Made by a program: the position numbers and the translations under genes. A stretch of 64,000 nt of DNA from a virus. The stretch lies in IMG/VR virus record IMGVR_UViG_3300037461_000951, positions 1 through 64,000 of that record, one strand, 5' to 3'. Each line of letters starts with the position of its first letter. Positions within the stretch are counted from its first letter, which is position 1. Below are positions 41,453 through 51,689 of this stretch, piece after piece. Under the pieces are notes generated by a model. It saw only the letters and a program-made list of their open reading frames with translations. It was not told the origin of the DNA and ran no database searches.

Positions 41453-41998
41453 TTAGCACTCTATCCCCAAATGGTCAAGCGTTGTTCGAATTAAATTGAT
41501 GTTTTGTGGATTCTTGTTTAACAATCTACACAACATCACATTGCATAACTCAGGATTTTCATGAAAACTGTTTTGCAATAATATAACTAGATCATCCGGT
41601 GCATTCAGCAATATATGCAAAACTTGCCGAACATCGGGCGGGGCTTTTTGCAAAAGCAGTTGCACAATCCCATCATTATCTAAATCCGCAATTAAAGAAT
41701 CTAATTGCACATTTTGTTGTTCACTATTTTCAGTGGTATCAATAAACCGCTCTTTAGTAGCTTTATTGGCTAACGTAATAAAATGATTAGACCAACTGGT
41801 TTTAAACAGTGACATCAAATGTTTTTCATTCTCAATTTGACATTGACGCTTTTGCAATCTTCTAATAGTTCGAATGAATTGCAGTTGGGCCTCTGCTAAT
41901 GCATCTTCCCAATCCATATAAGATTGTAATTTCCAATAATGTTTTTTGAGGTGGTTAATCACATAAGGACGTACAATTTCAAAACTATACTCTTTCAC
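41453..41998 (-). CDS. sigma-70 region 2-like protein
   Basis: DWEDALAEAQLQF...F......N pattern resembles sigma region 2. Confidence 0.45.
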   Translation of the reverse strand: MKEYSFEIVRPYVINHLKKHYWKLQSYMDWEDALAEAQLQFIRTIRRLQKRQCQIENEKHLMSLFKTSWSNHFITLANKATKERFIDTTENSEQQNVQLDSLIADLDNDGIVQLLLQKAPPDVRQVLHILLNAPDDLVILLQNSFHENPELCNVMLCRLLNKNPQNINLIRTTLDHLGIEC

Positions 41999-42075
41999 GA
42001 GTATCGCTCCGTCATTTTTATGGGTCCAACATTATACAACATACATACTCATAAAACAATATGATCTTTAAATTA

Positions 42076-42099
42076 AAAAAGCCCCAAGTATGGGGCTTT
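42076..42099 (-). terminator. intrinsic terminator
   Basis: AAAAAGCCCCA-AGTA-TGGGGCTTT; U-tract on the minus strand. Confidence 0.75.
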
Positions 42100-42105
42100 A
42101 CTGAC

Positions 42106-42990
42106 TCACTTTCCGGCTAATCGTTCTTCAAGCCGGTCCCACAGTTCTTTCATTGACAATGAACTCATATTCTTAAAAACTTCCAATTGTCCCAAGCCAA
42201 ATGCGAACATGACTTCATCGACATTTTCTTCGAATGTTCCCTCTAACCATTCACGCACATTCTTACTATCCAGTGCGTCCATACAAACTTCTTTATTTAA
42301 ATTCATGGCACATGACCACACTTCATCATGCGCTTGTTCGGCCAATGCCCAAGCGGGTTTGGGTAAACGCCCTTTTTTCAACTCTTTGTCAATGACTTGT
42401 TCACGACCTTCAGTTTGAACTCGTTGTACGAGTTCCTTTTGTTTTTCAGTAGATCCTTTGGATTTTCTGACAATCGTGTTGGCATCTGAAGCGGAAATTA
42501 TTTTTTCCTCTACGGCCTTTTTCAGTGTTTCATCAGCCCTGAGTAATGCCAATTTGTCACTGACATGACTGACACTCTTGCCGACTCGTTGGGCGATTTG
42601 TTCATTATTCATTTTGAACTCATCACGCAACCGAGCGTACAAAGTGGCTTCTTCAAACGGTGCAAACGGTTCACTGTCATTGCTGACCATCATTTCAACG
42701 AGAACATCTGCTTCGTTTTTGTGATCAACTTTGACCGCAGGAATTTGTACAACTAATTCTTTAGTATCGTACAAATACTGACACGCCGCTAAGCGTCGAT
42801 GACCATCCACCAATTCATAACCTTCATCACCCATTTGAATTTTAATGGGATTACGCACACCATTTTCTTCAATAGACTCTGCTAACTGTTCAATATTGAG
42901 CAACGTCATTCGTGGATTACGACCTTCAACAACAACTACTTCATGAGGTTTTACTAATATAATTTCAAAATGGCTCATTGGATTCTCCAA
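42106..42990 (-). CDS. second ParB-like protein (ParB N-domain plus HTH)
   Basis: NPR, LAESI..NGV..PI, LVDGHRRL.A, IAQRVGKSVSHVS. Confidence 0.85.
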   Translation of the reverse strand: MENPMSHFEIILVKPHEVVVVEGRNPRMTLLNIEQLAESIEENGVRNPIKIQMGDEGYELVDGHRRLAACQYLYDTKELVVQIPAVKVDHKNEADVLVEMMVSNDSEPFAPFEEATLYARLRDEFKMNNEQIAQRVGKSVSHVSDKLALLRADETLKKAVEEKIISASDANTIVRKSKGSTEKQKELVQRVQTEGREQVIDKELKKGRLPKPAWALAEQAHDEVWSCAMNLNKEVCMDALDSKNVREWLEGTFEENVDEVMFAFGLGQLEVFKNMSSLSMKELWDRLEERLAGK

Positions 42991-43283
42991 ATAACAACGT
43001 GTGGGATAGTGTTTTAGCGAAAACGATTATACATTATATCAAATATAAATGCTACTATTATTTATGAAAGTGCACTTTCATGAAAAATCCAGTGTTCTAA
43101 AGCATGAACACGTTCATAAAACTCTTCAAATTTGAAGGTTGCTTCAATGTTGGCACCTGCTACATAACCTTCTTCTGCTCCAAAATATTCAAGAACAGCT
43201 TTAAGCTGTCCAATGGCTTCACGACACATGGCGCGTTGAATACAAACCCTTTCTCTATAAAACATGTAAACTCCTTAATTAAA

Positions 43284-43673
43284 TTAATGTTTTTCTTCCC
43301 GTTTAAATAATTGACTTAAATTCTTTTTAGCTTTTTGGATACATACTTTGTCTAATACTGAAATAAATTGGCCTGACAAATCTACACGATTATACCCTTT
43401 GGACATGTTTTTTAAATACTTTTTAGAATTGGTGTGTAAGTGCAATGCGCTGTTAATGACTCTTTTTGGGATGTCAGGAAATACCGTAGACAGTTCTTTA
43501 TCTACCCCAATCATTAAAGGTTGATTTTTTTGAAACACATTAAAGTGTTTTCGTAAATGAGTTAAAAATTCTTTAGCTCGTTGAATGTGGTTGGGCTTTG
43601 GAATCTTTTTAATTTCAACACTGACTTTATGAATAGTTTTATTTGAAGATTTTTTAATTTTTTTATACGGCAT
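43284..43673 (-). CDS. ProQ/FinO-family RNA chaperone
   Basis: PL.IG....L, AL..HT....YL.....G..RVDL.G signature. Confidence 0.85.
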   Translation of the reverse strand: MPYKKIKKSSNKTIHKVSVEIKKIPKPNHIQRAKEFLTHLRKHFNVFQKNQPLMIGVDKELSTVFPDIPKRVINSALHLHTNSKKYLKNMSKGYNRVDLSGQFISVLDKVCIQKAKKNLSQLFKREEKH

Positions 43674-43879
43674 TTTAAATCTCCACAAGCAGAGCCTGTT
43701 TTACTGTCTGGATGATACTAGAATCTGTTTTATACAACAGATACAATAACCAGCCACAAGCACCTAACCAAAGTGCAATAATAAATATCCGAAATTTAAA
43801 TTCCAGTGCGGGCAATTCATAAAACAGTACTGCGGTAATTAGCAGCAATGTTAAAGTATCTTTTAATGGTATCCACATT

Positions 43880-44365
43880 TTAAAACATGTCTTTGGTAGG
43901 TTGTTTTCTCAATCCTTTAATGAGTCGATTTTCCATGGTTGTTAATTTTGTACCTATTAAATAATGAAATCTAAATTGTTTTCGATAAATAATTAATTTA
44001 ACAGAATCACCATGCCAACCGGCTTGGATAGATTCAAATGTCGAAAACTCATCGGGATTCCATAACAGTTCAAGCTCATCTCCAAAAAACAATTGTCCAA
44101 CGATACTTTGCCAAACCCAATCTACACAACTATTGGCAATGGTAAGTTGACATTCCGCATTAGTCACAATTAAAGAATCGTCCAAAAACATAATGGCAGA
44201 TGCTACATAAATTTCCCACGTTTTAAATTCTTCTGGAGCAATTTGTTTGGCACATAAGATTCGTGCGATGTTTTGTTTACCGTGAATATACACCAAAGAA
44301 ATAACAATATGATCTGCTTGTTTTAATGCAATAATATCATTCTGTGTCAATGTTTTTAATGTCAT
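43880..44365 (-). CDS. hypothetical protein
   Basis: 161 aa in early-gene run. Confidence 0.5.
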   Translation of the reverse strand: MTLKTLTQNDIIALKQADHIVISLVYIHGKQNIARILCAKQIAPEEFKTWEIYVASAIMFLDDSLIVTNAECQLTIANSCVDWVWQSIVGQLFFGDELELLWNPDEFSTFESIQAGWHGDSVKLIIYRKQFRFHYLIGTKLTTMENRLIKGLRKQPTKDMF

Positions 44366-45106
44366 TGCTTAATTTCCAAATGTGATCAGAATATGTTAAA
44401 AGAGTATTCCAACACTCTTGATGTATAAAATATTTAACAATCTGTTGATTGAGTTCAATAGCTTTTTTTGGATCACGAAGCTCTATCACAAATTCGGGAA
44501 CATGTCTTAAATCTTCAAAGTAATATAAAGATTTACCGCAGCAAAAACAAAAAATAGGTCTTGTTGTTGTCGATAACATCACTAATCTCTCATAGGAAAT
44601 ATGTTAGCAGCAGCAAGATCACTCATTATACTGTTCAATTTTTCATGGTACGTAGATAATTTTTTATTATAAAAATCTAATTCATCTTTAGTAGCTGGTC
44701 GTATTTCTACAGTATGACCTTTATCTAAAGCAATTTGCACTTTTCCCCAATCACTTCTTTCACCATTTTCAGTATAAATACACGACATTTTTGTATTACT
44801 GTCTCTATAAAAATGATTGCCAATATAAACCAGTTTCATTTAACGTCTCCGAATCGTTTTAGGAATTTCAACAACATCTTGAACTGGATTAGTGGCTTTA
44901 TCAACAGCATCTTGAATTCTTTTTATTTTGTAATCTAAACAAATATGAACAGCTCTTAGTTTTTCTAAATTATTAGAAGTGTGCCAGTTTTCAATAATGA
45001 CTTCTAAGTGTTCGGTGGGAACATGCTTTAAAGGAATGTTAGAATATTTTCCTTGATCGAAATAATGTTGTCCATCATCGCTTTTATGAATCATGCGGAC
45101 TCTCCA

Positions 45107-45358
45107 TTATTCAATACTTTCTGGTTGTGGTGGTAATTCTGCCCAATGGGTGTCATCTCCTGTTAAATAGCCTCGCACTGGTAACGCAGCGTGTTTTCCA
45201 TCATCAACACACCATGATCCACCACCTTCCCAATTATCTATTATCCACATTACGGATTTCCATCCAATATGTTTAAAGTAAACAAGAATTTCACGCCCAT
45301 CTTTTGGTGCATTTTTAATTGACTGTATTTCTAGTTGAAAATTTTTGTTATGAATCAT
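45107..45358 (-). CDS. DUF551-like small protein
   Basis: I..APKDG..IL ... THW..LP..P. Confidence 0.65.
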   Translation of the reverse strand: MIHNKNFQLEIQSIKNAPKDGREILVYFKHIGWKSVMWIIDNWEGGGSWCVDDGKHAALPVRGYLTGDDTHWAELPPQPESIE

Positions 45359-45708
45359 GCAGACTCTCCAAGAAAATGGGTATAAACTCTTAATCCACGT
45401 TCTTTAGCGACGTTAATCATGTGTAAAGTTCCTCGACTCTCTCCATCCCATAAAGCAATTAAAGCATCTCCATAAGTTGCCATTTCTGAGTTACGTCTAA
45501 ATCCTGCGGACTTGCCAAACTTGTCCCAATTGGCTCGCATGATCGTTAATGGAATGTGGTGTTGTTGCGCATAAGTGATTGCCAGAGTATCAACTCCTTT
45601 TGCGCCACCGGATACAATTTCGGTAATGGGAATCTGACTCTCTGCAATGGCTTTTTCCAAGCATTGAAAATCAGTAATGGTTCTCGAACCGGCAATAATG
45701 GTTTTCAT
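45355..45708 (-). CDS. SLOG/YspA-like (DUF2493) nucleotide-binding protein
   Basis: IIAGSR, VSGGAKGVD, GKSAG..RN..M, WDG.SRGT..MI. Confidence 0.85.
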   Translation of the reverse strand: MKTIIAGSRTITDFQCLEKAIAESQIPITEIVSGGAKGVDTLAITYAQQHHIPLTIMRANWDKFGKSAGFRRNSEMATYGDALIALWDGESRGTLHMINVAKERGLRVYTHFLGESA

Positions 45709-46064
45709 AAATTAATTCTCATACGAGCTTCTCGCAATGCTTTTTGTTGTAAAATCTTTCGATTCCATTCTAATTGATCTTGTACGTTAGACGCATGAAT
45801 AATCATTTCATCAGCAGGTTTTTTGTGCTTTAATTCAAAAGATGTTTTGTTGGTCACTTTATACTGTAAATTTTCATAAACAACTAAACCTTTTTCTCTC
45901 AGCGCACGTAAAGCCGAAGCTAAAGAAGATTTTTTAACATCTTTTAAAATGTTTAAAATATCTTGAGCCGTTCCCGATTGGAGTTGTTTAACAGCGTGAT
46001 ATACCTTCAGTTGAAATTCAGATAATTTAACTAACGGTTGTTCATACACATTCGTTCGTGACAT
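45705..46064 (-). CDS. winged-helix DNA-binding protein
   Basis: LS..Q.KVY, T..DI, SS...AL..L.EKGLV. Confidence 0.6.
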   Translation of the reverse strand: MSRTNVYEQPLVKLSEFQLKVYHAVKQLQSGTAQDILNILKDVKKSSLASALRALREKGLVVYENLQYKVTNKTSFELKHKKPADEMIIHASNVQDQLEWNRKILQQKALREARMRINL

Positions 46065-46089
46065 GTTATTTTACACCTTTATAATAAAT

Positions 46090-46114
46090 AAAACCCAAAC
46101 ACTGTTTGGGTTTT
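46090..46114 (-). terminator. intrinsic terminator after Ro60
   Basis: AAAACCCAAAC-ACT-GTTTGGGTTTT. Confidence 0.7.
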
Positions 46115-46187
46115 AAATAATAACACACTGTCATGCTGGTGTCAATGTCGATCTTTCAATATCGATATAACCCACATGACATCTTTA

Positions 46188-47498
46188 TCAAGATAAAGAT
46201 TCTGATGCTTGAATCCACTGAACTAAAGCTTCAGAAAATCCCGTTAAGCGAATCCATGGGCCATAGCCCACACTGTTTTGGTATGACGCCACATTCACCA
46301 TGTAACCTAAATTTTTAGGTGAAGGAACGGGATCGTGTGATTCTTCATCAGTCATCACAATTAAACGATCATACGGTTCTTTATTCATTATTTGAACTGC
46401 ACGACCTAAAAGTGTATTACCATGATGAGTGGCACAAATGGCATCTCGTAATGCCATGCCTTGCCGTGGTGGCATTCGAATCACATCACTGGAAAATGTA
46501 AATACAGCACATTCTTCAGCAAGAGCATTGACTAAAATCGCTAATCCAGCCGCCGCATCCAAACGATCTAATTCTGATTTTTGGGAAATTTTAGTTCCCA
46601 CCATGGAGCCACTGACATCTACCAATACAATAGTTTTACCCGGTAATTTGGGTAACATACTGACGGACAATTGCATAGCTAAATCTAAAGTCTTTTCCAA
46701 TTCCACGGCATGTCGTGCCGCCGCAATGAATCGAAACGGTAAAGCTTTAGAGAATTTAGCACCTGACAACAAGACATCATGAATTAAATCAACATCCACT
46801 TGAGCTTGTAGCATGTTACGAAGATTTCGTAACAATGCCAAGTAACCCAATTTTTTCTCTTTCAGCAATCGAGTGAATGTTTCTTTTTTATCCACACCGG
46901 CAGATAATGCAACTTCCCATGTATCGGGAGTTTTCAGTTCCCCATCACGGAGACGTTTCCATAATGCAGATTGAATTTCATTGACGGGTTTGGGATGAAC
47001 CAGTCGCATCACATCTAACAGTTTAATACTTTTATCACGATTGTATTTTGCCAGAGCGTATTCATCAAACTTATGAAACGCTCGCTGTAAGCCGTACTTC
47101 ACCTGTTTAGATAAAGGTTGTTTTTTATCAGCCCAATACAGCGATAAAAATTCAGCCAATTCATCGGCACGTTGTACTGTGTTGAAGATAGTATCACCTA
47201 CCAAACGTCCAGATGCTTTGGGATGACGACACAGCTCTCGTGCTAACAACAATGAAGCGTGACGAATCCGGTACTGTGTTCTGGCTTCAATAGCTAAAGC
47301 AGCTACATCTTTCGGATCACACTTGACAACTAATTCTTTAATACGAGTTGCAATATCTTGACCGGATTCATAAAATTGATCTTCCCACAATAAACACGCC
47401 AATACAGCACGACGTAATTCTTTTATGGGAGTTAATGGAATAGCAGGAGCACCTTCATGAGTGAAGGTGGTGCATTTAGCTTTGGTATTGAGTTGCAT
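46188..47498 (-). CDS. rsr: Ro60/Rsr TROVE-vWA RNA-binding protein
   Basis: FYESG, FDEY.LAKY, TWE..LS, ALLRNLRN, LPFRF, vWA DVSGSM and TDE. Confidence 0.95.
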   Translation of the reverse strand: MQLNTKAKCTTFTHEGAPAIPLTPIKELRRAVLACLLWEDQFYESGQDIATRIKELVVKCDPKDVAALAIEARTQYRIRHASLLLARELCRHPKASGRLVGDTIFNTVQRADELAEFLSLYWADKKQPLSKQVKYGLQRAFHKFDEYALAKYNRDKSIKLLDVMRLVHPKPVNEIQSALWKRLRDGELKTPDTWEVALSAGVDKKETFTRLLKEKKLGYLALLRNLRNMLQAQVDVDLIHDVLLSGAKFSKALPFRFIAAARHAVELEKTLDLAMQLSVSMLPKLPGKTIVLVDVSGSMVGTKISQKSELDRLDAAAGLAILVNALAEECAVFTFSSDVIRMPPRQGMALRDAICATHHGNTLLGRAVQIMNKEPYDRLIVMTDEESHDPVPSPKNLGYMVNVASYQNSVGYGPWIRLTGFSEALVQWIQASESLS

Positions 47499-47545
47499 TA
47501 CAAGACCTCACATGAATCACAACATGTAAGGACAAACAGTGAAAG

Positions 47546-47675
47546 TTCGGGAAACAAGCGAAAACAGTAACGTAGGCGCTCTACCGACTGAGCTACATTC
47601 ACCGAAATGAATGACCAGACTCGAACTGGCGACATCCCGCTTAAATGGCGAAGTAACTGTTCTCTACACCACGAA
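47546..47675 (-). ncRNA. yrlA: Y RNA (YrlA-type) with permuted tRNA-like domain
   Basis: GUGGUGUAG..AACAGUUACUUC stem; T arm GCCAG-UUCGAGU-CUGGU; looped acceptor CAUUCA/UGAAUG; D arm GCUCAGUCGGUAGAGC; adjacent to Ro60. Confidence 0.88.
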
Positions 47676-47686
47676 AATCGTGTTTG

Positions 47687-47811
47687 TCCGGGAAACAAGC
47701 GTTAACGGTACAAAACTCGCGCTCTACCAACTGAGCTACACACTTTGCAGTGTGACCAGATTTGAACTGGTGACATCGAGTTCCAGAAGTAACCGTTAAC
47801 TACACCACAGA
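47687..47811 (-). ncRNA. yrlA: Y RNA (YrlA-type) with permuted tRNA-like domain
   Basis: Same stem; T arm ACCAG-UUCAAAU-CUGGU; acceptor CACACU/AGUGUG; D arm GCUCAGUUGGUAGAGC. Confidence 0.88.
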
Positions 47812-47818
47812 AAAACTA

Positions 47819-47895
47819 TTGGGGGAAAAGTTAATTACAGTGTAATCGAGGTCGCTTGCAAAGCAAATGAAGTAACTGTAATCTACACCACCCAA
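47819..47895 (-). ncRNA. short Y RNA carrying an anticodon-like hairpin
   Basis: Same GUGGUGUAG..ACAGUUACUUC stem with compensatory changes; apical UUGC-UUUGCAA-GCGA. Confidence 0.75.
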
Positions 47896-47905
47896 AATCA
47901 AATCG

Positions 47906-47965
47906 TCCGGGGAACTGGCGTTAACAGTATCTTTTAGCCGAAGTAACTGTTAACTACACCACGGA
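47906..47965 (-). ncRNA. minimal Y RNA (Ro-binding stem only)
   Basis: UCCGUGGUGUAGUUAACAGUUACUUC...UACUGUUAACGCCAGUUCCCCGGA. Confidence 0.75.
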
Positions 47966-48023
47966 TAAGCCAGTTTACTACTTATCAAGTACCCCGTCAA
48001 GTGTTTGTTGGGGTGCGTGTTGG

Positions 48024-48320
48024 TTATACCTTAGTAAATATTGCTGGTTTTTCAGCAGCACCTTGTTTACCTTCTGCTTGAATTCCAAAATTATAATTTG
48101 GACGTTCCATAACAGGCGTATCATCCAACACATTAATTCTGGACACATCAAACCACAGTTGTTCCAGTAGTTTGTTATCTTTATCGGTACCTGGATGGAC
48201 AAGAACTTGTATACATCCATAAAGATCAAAACAAATCGAAGTAACAATACCTTCAAAATTGGTTACTTTTTCAGTAACTCTTTTACCCAGTAAATCAAAA
48301 TGTTTTTGAATGTTAATCAT
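48024..48320 (-). CDS. conserved phage hypothetical protein
   Basis: LG..V...VT.FEG.VT.....LYGC.Q..V.P....WFD..R pattern seen in small phage proteins. Confidence 0.6.
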   Translation of the reverse strand: MINIQKHFDLLGKRVTEKVTNFEGIVTSICFDLYGCIQVLVHPGTDKDNKLLEQLWFDVSRINVLDDTPVMERPNYNFGIQAEGKQGAAEKPAIFTKV

Positions 48321-49652
48321 ATCAGCACATCTCCGTAATTAGTCACATGTGAATTTCTGTTTCAATTCATTGTTCGTTCATGGTTATACCTAACTATATT
48401 GTTCAAAAATTATTATATGATTTAAAGAATGAATATTGTTTGGGCTGTAAAGGTTGAACATAACCATATCATTTAGTTCTTTGAATCAATGCAAAATTAA
48501 AGATGTCCAAACAACTGGCTAAGTAATGGGCCAGTATAAAATCTGGAGTATTGCTCCGATTTTCTTCGGAATAAATATTAATTAGTTTGGTTAATTCTTT
48601 TTCAAAGGTTTCCATGAGTATTTTCCAATTGATCATTGTCAGTGCAAAGAACAAGTACTTGATATTTTATATTATCGTTATTAGTAACGAGTAGATCACA
48701 TAATTCATCTGTAAATTTCGGTGCTAAAATTTTATTCAAAGCTTCTAACAATTCAGTGAACGCTTTACGGTTGCCAACAATTTTAGCAATGTCATAAGGA
48801 TGTTGCTGTGGATAAAGCATTAAATAAGATTCTTTATCTCGTTTAAAGGTTTCCATTTTCAATCACCTTTAGTAAATTAAGAGCTGAACATTTTAATATT
48901 AAATGAAAATAACCATTCTTATTGACTTTTACAATTTCACAATCTAACCAACGAATATTTTCATTATTTGCTGAGTATTTGAATAATAGCTCATCATGGA
49001 GATGTCCGAATTTTCGAATATAATAATATTCCATGTGACCTACATACAAAACTAAATCCGGTTCTTGTTGTATTTTTTCAATATAACTTGCTTTTGTTTT
49101 TAAAATTTCATTTGCAAAATTATTAAGTATCTCAATATCTCGAGAACAATCACGTTTTTTCATGATTATTTCTCATATTGTTAGATGTATGAATAACAAC
49201 CATCCATGCGAACCATGCAGTCGTAAAAGCAAACCATACTGCCACCCAAGACCAATAAAAGTCTTTTTCATTAAAAGCGTTTAAAAAGATTAAAAACGCA
49301 ACAATAGTATGTACCCAAGCAATTAATTTATGTTTCATAACAAGTTTCCAATTATTTTGGAGGATTCCATTTACGAGGGGCTGGATTAAATGAAGGATGT
49401 TTTTGTATGATGACTCTTTCTTGATAAATGTAGTTTCGATAATGATCACGATAATTGTGTTTATCTTTATGATAATGAAATCTATCATACTCTTTATGAC
49501 ACGAATCTCTTTTACAATCTCTATCGGCATAAACACTATGGGACATTAAAAGAGTTAACAACAATAATAGTTTTGGGTATTTCATAGTTAAGTTTCCATA
49601 ATTTTTTCAATTTGAGAGTACAGTTTACGACATTATACCTTTTATTTTACAT

Positions 49653-51101
49653 TTAAAGTTCATCAACAACATCTTTCACAGTTCGATAATGACCGGATTC
49701 TTTACTTTTCATTTTAGTTTTTAATCTTTTTAAAGCTACGTTACGTTGCTCTTTTATTTTTTGTTCTAGTGTTTTTAATTTATGATTGGCTTCTTCCAAT
49801 AAAGTATCTTCAGCAGAAGAAAGTCTTTGTTTAGTTTTCAAATCTTCTTTAAACCAATCAAGATATAATATAAGAATTCTTTTTTGTTCCATAAATGGTA
49901 ATAAATTAAAAGATTCTTTAGCAATATCTTTAGTTAATAGAAGTTGTAATTCTGATACATTTGTAAATTCTTTTATTAAATCTTCAAAAATTTGTTCAAA
50001 TGTTTTTGTCAATTCTTCTTTATTTTTAATATGTCCATATATTATTAAATCTCTGTTATTTTCATCAATTGCATCTTCTTTACGTTTAAAATAAACAACA
50101 CAATCTTGTGCTGTTTTTGAATACAAAGATATATGTATCCCTTTTCCAGTGCTGTGTGTGCCAGTTTGACCTTCAGGCCAGTGTCCAAATAAACAATCTA
50201 ATTTTGTTTTAACAGCGGGATTTTTTATAAAATTAATATATTCTCGATATTGCTGATATGAAATTTTATCAGCTTCATTGGGTACAAAATCTTTTGGTAA
50301 CATTCCTTGACATTTTAACCAGTTAATACTCCAATCACAATATAATCCCGTATCAAAAAATAACGAATGTAAGCATTGATTGACTTCTTTTTGGGTTAAA
50401 ACAAATCTTATTATGTTTTGCAACCAAGGTTGATCTATTGTGATCAATTTTGATAACAATGGACTAAAGTTTAAAGTCATATCACGCTTCCACAATTCTA
50501 AGAAAGATATTTGAAAATGAACTTCAATTAAGTAATTTTTATGTTCTTCTCCATAAGATTTTACTTCATTAAAAACAGAAATTAATAAAGAATTCCATTC
50601 AGATGTAGAAGAAGCACCTTGAAATTTGTAATTGGGCTTCAATATAAAACTAGCATCACGCATTTCTCGAAGTTTATCCAGCAACCATTCTTTTGATTTA
50701 TGAACATCACCTAAATCATTTAAAAGGTTTGCTGGTGAAAAAACACAACTGCGATACTCAAGACCATCTACGATAGTAGTATGTGTTCCATATTTTTCTG
50801 GTTGGGCGAGTAAAAGATCAATAATATTTCGATGAAGTGGCGTTAAACAACCTTGTCGTAATATGGACGTGCCATATTTGTTCATACGAACAATTGGCCT
50901 TTTCGTGGTAGCATAATGCTTATCGTCCGTTTTATTTACATGCGTAAATAACGGAATTCGATTTAACAGCATAGTTGTGTGTGGTAAATTTTTATAACCC
51001 GTATTTGGAATAATAAATGTTTTCTTGTTAAGCGAAACGCTTTTTTTAATTGTTTTAAGATTTAAAGTGAGTCTTTCAAGTGGTAATGGGTGTCGTTTCA
51101 T
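49653..51101 (-). CDS. plasmid-type replication initiator (Rep)-like protein
   Basis: 482 aa, basic; G.LT..HR.I.D and winged-helix-like core; lies next to an iteron array. Confidence 0.55.
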   Translation of the reverse strand: MKRHPLPLERLTLNLKTIKKSVSLNKKTFIIPNTGYKNLPHTTMLLNRIPLFTHVNKTDDKHYATTKRPIVRMNKYGTSILRQGCLTPLHRNIIDLLLAQPEKYGTHTTIVDGLEYRSCVFSPANLLNDLGDVHKSKEWLLDKLREMRDASFILKPNYKFQGASSTSEWNSLLISVFNEVKSYGEEHKNYLIEVHFQISFLELWKRDMTLNFSPLLSKLITIDQPWLQNIIRFVLTQKEVNQCLHSLFFDTGLYCDWSINWLKCQGMLPKDFVPNEADKISYQQYREYINFIKNPAVKTKLDCLFGHWPEGQTGTHSTGKGIHISLYSKTAQDCVVYFKRKEDAIDENNRDLIIYGHIKNKEELTKTFEQIFEDLIKEFTNVSELQLLLTKDIAKESFNLLPFMEQKRILILYLDWFKEDLKTKQRLSSAEDTLLEEANHKLKTLEQKIKEQRNVALKRLKTKMKSKESGHYRTVKDVVDEL

Positions 51102-51158
51102 ACTATACTACTCCGAATGACTCATTATATGTTATCCCAAAATTTAAGGACTGTCAAC

Positions 51159-51377
51159 ATGGCAATGTTGTACGAACGCGAACGTCATCTACAAGTCATC
51201 GTAAAAAGTGAAACAAAAAAGATTTTAAAACAATTAGCAGATGAACATAGTTGCACACTTTCCAAATTTGCAAATCAAGTTTTGGAAGAATATATTAATA
51301 AAAATTATCCACAATTAATAAATAAGAAACAACAAATTCTTCGTAAACCATTACCAAAATGTTTTGAAAATCTTTAA
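51159..51377 (+). CDS. ribbon-helix-helix (CopG/Arc-like) regulator
   Basis: HLQVIV...TKK.LK.LA.....TLS......LEEY; divergent from rep; AAGGA RBS. Confidence 0.7.
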   Translation: MAMLYERERHLQVIVKSETKKILKQLADEHSCTLSKFANQVLEEYINKNYPQLINKKQQILRKPLPKCFENL

Positions 51378-51420
51378 ACTAATACTTGTGTTTGACAGAT
51401 TTTGATTAAATTTTGATGTG

Positions 51421-51689
51421 ATTATTCCCCCGATTGGTTGAGTAAGATATTAAATTATTCCCCCAATTGGTTGAGTGATTTTTTCGTTTTTAAACTGAAT
51501 TACAATCATTTAGCGAAAATTAAACCAATCGGGGGAATAATTGAAAAAAGTCAACCAATCGGGGGAATAATTTGAAGATTTTTTAATAAATTTCTTAAGC
51601 ATGACTCAACCAATCGGGGGAATAATGGTCAGATCTCTCAACCAATCGGGGGAATAATTTGCTAAAATTAAACCAATCGGGGGAATAAT
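51421..51689. repeat. iteron array / replication origin
   Basis: 19-bp AACCAATCGGGGGAATAAT at 51523, 51553, 51608, 51640, 51671; inverted copies at 51421 and 51454 (one mismatch); AT-rich flanks. Confidence 0.85.

Noticed and set aside
47498-47799. ORFs 47498-47698 (-) and 47611-47799 (+)
   Set aside because: They overlap the structured Y RNAs and have no protein-like features
47546-47965. Repeated CTACACCAC/GAAGTAAC words as a CRISPR array
   Set aside because: Units vary in length, the repeats base-pair within each unit, there are no cas genes, and Ro60 adjacency explains them as Y RNAs
51421-51689. 19-bp repeats as a CRISPR array
   Set aside because: Spacers are mostly 11-14 bp, both orientations occur, and the array is next to a Rep-like gene: iterons
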